A stretch of DNA of 64,000 nucleotides from a virus (lineage: Duplodnaviria > Caudoviricetes): IMG/VR virus record IMGVR_UViG_3300032007_000001. One strand, given 5' to 3'. Shown in pieces: positions 59,496-64,000 of the stretch; the first letter of the stretch is position 1; every line of letters starts with the position of its first letter. The translations under genes were made by a program, and so were the position numbers. The notes beneath the pieces are model-generated. The model was not told where the DNA came from and searched no databases. It worked only from the letters and a program-made list of their open reading frames with translations.

Positions 59496-59954
59496 ATGAA
59501 AAAAAATAATATTATTATAAAACGTCTTATGAAGCGTACAGCATCGAAAGAAAATGACATTGCAAATGCATTAGGTGGATTGTCGTTTGATAAACTTATT
59601 GATGTTATAATGGCTGTCAATGAAGTTTCTGGTGGATATGACCATTTAATTCCTCATCCAATGGAAGAACTTGGCGAATATGATTTTGGAATCGATAAAA
59701 ATGATACATATAAAGTTCTTCAATTTTTTAAGAAAGCTACAGACATAGATATTCAAAACGAATTTGATGTAATGAGTCCGTATTTTGTTATTGACGATAT
59801 GCAGCCAAGGTCCTGTACCAAGGATGTAATGAGAAGCTTTATATATGAATCAACAAACGATTTAATGGATTTAGCAGAAGTTATTGTTAGAAATATTGAT
59901 AGTAAATCATTTAGAGATTCATTACCAGAAAACATTAAAGAATTAGCAATGTAA
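59496..59954 (+). CDS. Acidic protein with basic leader (IKRLMKRTAS)
   Basis: GGTG SD; ends at a terminator. Confidence 0.7.
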   Translation: MKKNNIIIKRLMKRTASKENDIANALGGLSFDKLIDVIMAVNEVSGGYDHLIPHPMEELGEYDFGIDKNDTYKVLQFFKKATDIDIQNEFDVMSPYFVIDDMQPRSCTKDVMRSFIYESTNDLMDLAEVIVRNIDSKSFRDSLPENIKELAM

Positions 59955-59957
59955 AAT

Positions 59958-59982
59958 AAAGAGAGGATTAAATCCTCTCTTT
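59958..59982. terminator. Bidirectional terminator
   Basis: aaagagaggat-taa-atcctctcttt. Confidence 0.75.
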
Positions 59983-60426
59983 TTACATTAAAGAACGATG
60001 TCTTAAATTTAATTTTTTTTCAAATAATGGTTGTTGTGTAGTTCGTTCATTACTTTCAATATCTATTTCTGGGAAAGATTCATAATTGATTTGTTCAAGT
60101 AGAGATAAAAAACAATTTGCTTCGTGAACATTTCTAAATCCTTTGATTGCTATATTTGAATGTACAGATAACAATGCCATGGCTAACATGCGCATTTCTC
60201 GTTTCCCATCGTGCTGATTTAAGAAAATTAGCATTTCATCGTGTGTTTTATCAAACATATTACATAACTTATCATAATAAGCATTGTCTGTACCAACATC
60301 ATTTATATATTCTTTTACCGACCCATAAGCTTTTGTATTTCTTGACCAGATTGTATGCGCTTGGTCCAAAAATACTCCAACCACAATGGCTCCAAAATTC
60401 CATTTCTTTTTTTTGACCATTTTCAT
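59983..60426 (-). CDS. Hypothetical protein
   Basis: AAGGT SD. Confidence 0.65.
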   Translation of the reverse strand: MKMVKKKKWNFGAIVVGVFLDQAHTIWSRNTKAYGSVKEYINDVGTDNAYYDKLCNMFDKTHDEMLIFLNQHDGKREMRMLAMALLSVHSNIAIKGFRNVHEANCFLSLLEQINYESFPEIDIESNERTTQQPLFEKKLNLRHRSLM

Positions 60427-60523
60427 TACCTTTTATATTAAAATTTATTTCATTTATAAAATAATTTGATTAGCAAAAAAATTTCAATATATTAAACGTT
60501 CTAAATATAATCAATCAAGGAGG

Positions 60524-60907
60524 TTGTTATATATGACTGTATATGTATTGCCAAAATTATATGCTGATATTTTTGAATATTTAGCCAAAAAAATAAAAAT
60601 TAAAAAAGATATAGATTTATTAAAAAAAGGTTTTACTAATTATTATGAACCAGAATATTTTTTTAGCAGAGCAATAAAATATAACGATAATTACGATGTT
60701 TCGTTTTGTATTTCAGTTTCTAAAAAAACAACGAAAGTTAAAGAAGTATCTATAATTGATGAAAATTTTGGTCAGCCACATTTTTGCGATAAGATAGCAT
60801 TTGACCAAATTGTTGGTTATTTGAAAGATTTGATTAAAAAAGAAGCCATAGAAGAGATAGATTGGAAAGATATTGAAAAAAGAAAAATAAAACAATTTGG
60901 GCAATAA
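60524..60907 (+). CDS. Hypothetical protein
   Basis: AAGGAGG SD (likely start ATG 60533). Confidence 0.7.
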   Translation: MLYMTVYVLPKLYADIFEYLAKKIKIKKDIDLLKKGFTNYYEPEYFFSRAIKYNDNYDVSFCISVSKKTTKVKEVSIIDENFGQPHFCDKIAFDQIVGYLKDLIKKEAIEEIDWKDIEKRKIKQFGQ

Positions 60908-60909
60908 TT

Positions 60910-61398
60910 ATGAATAATTGGATTAATAATATAGACGAAAACAATATAAAAGTAAAACGTTACTGCAAACAATGCCATAAGCCGATGGTTTATGTTGACA
61001 AAAATAATCACATGATATATAAAAATCATGATGACATTTGCAGTTTTTGTTATGATAAAAAATATCTATTATTTATTGATGATTATTATGTGTTAGGCAA
61101 AGATTTTGATATTGATGTAACAAAAATAAGAATAAGTATTAGGCATGCATTATCGGGTTATCATACGAGAAGCGGATATAAGATAGTTATATATTTTTAT
61201 GATAATAGTGAAAAAAATTGGTATATATCATTTTTATTTAAGTTTGAAGAATTAATTAAGCTAACATATAATCAATTGATTGAATATAGAAATAAAAACA
61301 AATACGATATATTAAACGATAAATTTATAAAATATTTATATGATTGTTCTGAAGAAACATTTAATAAATACGACTTAAAAATGTATATTGGATTGTAA
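60910..61398 (+). CDS. Hypothetical protein with CxxC...CxxC zinc ribbon (ends ...YIGL)
   Basis: CKQC...CSFC. Confidence 0.65.
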   Translation: MNNWINNIDENNIKVKRYCKQCHKPMVYVDKNNHMIYKNHDDICSFCYDKKYLLFIDDYYVLGKDFDIDVTKIRISIRHALSGYHTRSGYKIVIYFYDNSEKNWYISFLFKFEELIKLTYNQLIEYRNKNKYDILNDKFIKYLYDCSEETFNKYDLKMYIGL

Positions 61399-61441
61399 AA
61401 ACAAAAACAACCAAAACATTAATTTTGGTTGTTTTTGTTTT
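61398..61441. terminator. Long (19-bp stem) bidirectional hairpin
   Basis: aaaacaaaaacaaccaaaa-cattaa-ttttggttgtttttgtttt. Confidence 0.65.
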
Positions 61442-61635
61442 GTGGGTAAATCCATTATGAAATTTAGGAGGTTGTGGCTAACAACAATTTATTCTATACA
61501 AAAAATAAATATGTTTTTTAATTATATGCTTCGTCAATTTTATTTATAACTTCTTTATAAAAATTATTCGTGTTAAATACCTCTTTTTTTATTATTTTTA
61601 CTATTAAATACATAATATTTCTAATGTAAAAAATT

Positions 61636-62223
61636 TTAATTTATCCATTTTATAATTGTGTTTCCAGTAAATCCTTTTTCCCATACAAACCATGCATAAC
61701 ATACAGCAGAACCATTTGTAAATTTTCCGTTTTTTCCACATTCAAGTCTTGACGAACTTACATATATTGTTTTTGGTGGATTTGATAGAAAGAAATTTTT
61801 TCTTTTTTTCCCTTCTAAGAATTGAAGTTTCAAAAACATTGCCATTTTGTTTCCAGTATTTAATATTTCAATTCCTCTTTGACAAAATTCCAATGCATAT
61901 TTATATGGCGGATTTGTAATGATATCTCCATTAAAATCGTTTATTGGATTTTCTTCTAAAAAATCCATTTGCGTTCCAAATCCTCTGTAGTATAAATCGG
62001 TTGATACTACTTCATATCCATGTTTTTCCAATTCTTTTGATATGTGTCCTTCTCCGCATGCTGGTTCCCATATATTATGATTGAATTTTTCTACTTCCAA
62101 AAGTAACGTTACGGCTTTTGGGTCAGTTGCATAATAATCTTCTTTTTGTCTGTTTTCATATGAATGGTTTGATGCACCCAATGTCTTAAAAACAGATGTA
62201 CTATTTCCAGTCCAATCTTGCAC
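61636..62223 (-). CDS. DNA N6-adenine methyltransferase (orphan)
   Basis: DYYAT; IWEPACGEG motif I; IITNPPY motif IV; YAWFVW. Confidence 0.88.
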   Translation of the reverse strand: MQDWTGNSTSVFKTLGASNHSYENRQKEDYYATDPKAVTLLLEVEKFNHNIWEPACGEGHISKELEKHGYEVVSTDLYYRGFGTQMDFLEENPINDFNGDIITNPPYKYALEFCQRGIEILNTGNKMAMFLKLQFLEGKKRKNFFLSNPPKTIYVSSSRLECGKNGKFTNGSAVCYAWFVWEKGFTGNTIIKWIN

Positions 62224-62334
62224 TTATATTCCTCCTTTATTTATATTATTTAGTGTTATACAAATTTTATTTTTTTTAAGATAGAAGTTCAAAAATTTTG
62301 ATTTTTGATAGAATAATTTAGGAAGTGATGTGTT

Positions 62335-63144
62335 TTGTTGAAGTTAAATAACGATGATATAAAATTAATGAATCAATATATAGAGGAAACAAGAAATACC
62401 GTTGACGAAAATAGATATAAAGAAAATATCTTAAAAATTTTTAAGTTGGCAGTAAAAGGAGAATTGTTTGTATCTGCTGGATATGTATTGAATGTTGGTA
62501 ATTATTATGATTGGATTTGCGATGAAATACTTGATGTTTTTGAGAATTTTTTGAGTGAAAATGATATATTAAGTGATTTATATTTTTCATTAGATATTGA
62601 AAATGACATAGTATCTACAGATGATTTTGCGAAAGCTGTTGGAAATGCATTTAATATCATATGCGCAACGAAAAAAACAGCTGATGTAAAATTTTCTCCA
62701 GCACAGCAATCATTAAAAGCTCTTGGCGGAGAAGGTAAAAAGATATTACAACAATTGGAAGCATTTAAGTTTAAGCTTGAACAAGCCGCTAGAATTTCTG
62801 GAAATAATGAATCAGCTGCTAAAAAGATAATGCAAAATTCTGGTATTATCGACAAAATCATGTCTTCTTTATATTCTGTTGTATTTAATGTAACAAATAT
62901 TGATGTTGTTCCAGTATATGATAATGAACAAATTAATATAAGTAATGAATCCAAACCAGATGTTGAGAAGAACGAATATAATATAAAAGATGAATTACCA
63001 GAAGAAGAAGAACAAGAAGAAGAAATAGAAGAAATTGAAGAAACGCCAGAAGATAATAAAGAAGAAAATAATGAAGAAGAAGATATGAGAGAAGAAAACG
63101 AAGAAGAGGAAACAGAAGAAAAGGAAGAGAGTGAAGAATCTTGA
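62335..63144 (+). CDS. Hypothetical protein with KKTA site and acidic tail
   Basis: 269 aa; AGGAAG SD. Confidence 0.7.
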   Translation: MLKLNNDDIKLMNQYIEETRNTVDENRYKENILKIFKLAVKGELFVSAGYVLNVGNYYDWICDEILDVFENFLSENDILSDLYFSLDIENDIVSTDDFAKAVGNAFNIICATKKTADVKFSPAQQSLKALGGEGKKILQQLEAFKFKLEQAARISGNNESAAKKIMQNSGIIDKIMSSLYSVVFNVTNIDVVPVYDNEQINISNESKPDVEKNEYNIKDELPEEEEQEEEIEEIEETPEDNKEENNEEEDMREENEEEETEEKEESEES

Positions 63145-64000
63145 AGCTTAGAATAACAAAAAAAGAAAAACCGTATATGAGAATATCATATGCAATGTTA
63201 TATCCTAAAAAAGCATTTAAGAAAAATGATAGAATTAAAAACAATGATAAATATGGAAGAATATCAAAAATAGAAAAAGAAAGTATTCAAATTACATATG
63301 ATGATAAATCAGTAGAAACAATAAATAAAAAAGATGCTAGTGCTATTTTAGAAATTGTTAATGTAACAACCGAAACAATTCCAGAACCAATAAAAGAAAA
63401 TAAAATTGTTGAAAAACCTAAAAAGGCAACTAAAAAGAAAAGCGTCGCAAAACCTAAAGATAGAATACAAGAAATACTTGAATTAGCTGTTAAAAAAGGT
63501 GAAATAGAAAAAGATGAAATGGACATCAAAAGAGTAGAATTGGAAATGCTTGATGATGACCAATTAAATGAATATGAAAGAAAAGTAATGGATTCTTATG
63601 ATGAAGATGTTTCTGTTGAAGATACAGTTGAAGAAGATATAGAAATGACTCCAGCAGAAAGAGCTTTAGCAGAATTAAGAGCAAATGGAAAAGCACAAAC
63701 AAGTACAGTTGCTTTTTCCAGTGATTCTGGTTCAAGGTCTTTATCTGAAGCTAAAATAGACCACGATATGGAAATGGAAGAATTAAAATCTATGATGAAT
63801 GCTGGAAACGTTACGAAAGATGGATTAACATTAGATTTTGGATTGGAAAATATGAATACTAATTTTATGAAAAGAAAAGCATCAGTCCAAAATGAATTTG
63901 TTAGACCAGAGACTCATTCAATGCAAAATTTACATGGTTTAACAACGCCATTGGTACAATCTTCTCCAACATCTTTTGATTCATTAAAAGACAGACTTGG
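63141..64000 (+). CDS. Partial hypothetical protein (scaffold-like), runs off the window end
   Basis: Not in track; TTGA overlap; open frame MKLRITKKEKPYMRISYAML...RIQEILELAVKKGEI...KRKAS. Confidence 0.7.
   Translation, partial: MKLRITKKEKPYMRISYAMLYPKKAFKKNDRIKNNDKYGRISKIEKESIQITYDDKSVETINKKDASAILEIVNVTTETIPEPIKENKIVEKPKKATKKKSVAKPKDRIQEILELAVKKGEIEKDEMDIKRVELEMLDDDQLNEYERKVMDSYDEDVSVEDTVEEDIEMTPAERALAELRANGKAQTSTVAFSSDSGSRSLSEAKIDHDMEMEELKSMMNAGNVTKDGLTLDFGLENMNTNFMKRKASVQNEFVRPETHSMQNLHGLTTPLVQSSPTSFDSLKDRL

Noticed and set aside
61636-62223. Restriction-modification system
   Set aside because: No adjacent restriction endonuclease; an orphan protective MTase is common in phages.
1037-63735. 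Numerous 60-160 aa ORFs antisense to or nested in long genes (e.g. 5083, 9459, 14721, 23849, 62505)
   Set aside because: Ser/Phe/Leu-rich shadows of E/K-rich sense genes, with no SD.
1-64000. Genome-wide TAG reassignment (genetic code 15)
   Set aside because: Long genes are intact under code 11, and TAG ends full-length genes (e.g. PAAR at 21287, followed by the next gene's SD). Only one suspicious internal TAG was seen.

Overview
This 64-kb window is a very AT-rich, gene-dense segment of a large (probably jumbo) tailed phage with a contractile tail. The host is likely an anaerobic Bacillota, possibly Negativicutes; that assignment is inference only. Head genes are dispersed: terminase large subunit at 14.2-15.9 kb, and portal, head protein and prohead protease at 50-54.7 kb. 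The window also holds several tail-fibre, tail-collar and PAAR genes, a sigma factor, an M16 peptidase, guanylate kinase, two methyltransferases and three tRNAs. tRNA-Leu(UAA) is split by a 492-nt group I intron. The most notable signal is an apparent phage-encoded protein-modification and protein-tagging toolkit. (i) A radical SAM/SPASM enzyme with a non-canonical CX7CX8C motif is translationally coupled to four otherwise unrelated proteins that share an N-terminal MKxRxDF(V/I)TNSSSxx(F/Y) tag. (ii) Two further rSAM/SPASM enzymes occur, along with three paralogous fibre-like proteins with Cys-rich (CxxC/SCSCSC) C-terminal tails; one tail is interrupted by an in-frame TAG. (iii) A basic N-terminal KRL-x-K-x-A leader on many small acidic proteins is a candidate capsid-targeting or protease signal. 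(iv) A C-terminal Gly-Leu-stop signature recurs on scattered accessory proteins. Functional calls come from motif recognition only; no database searches were run.
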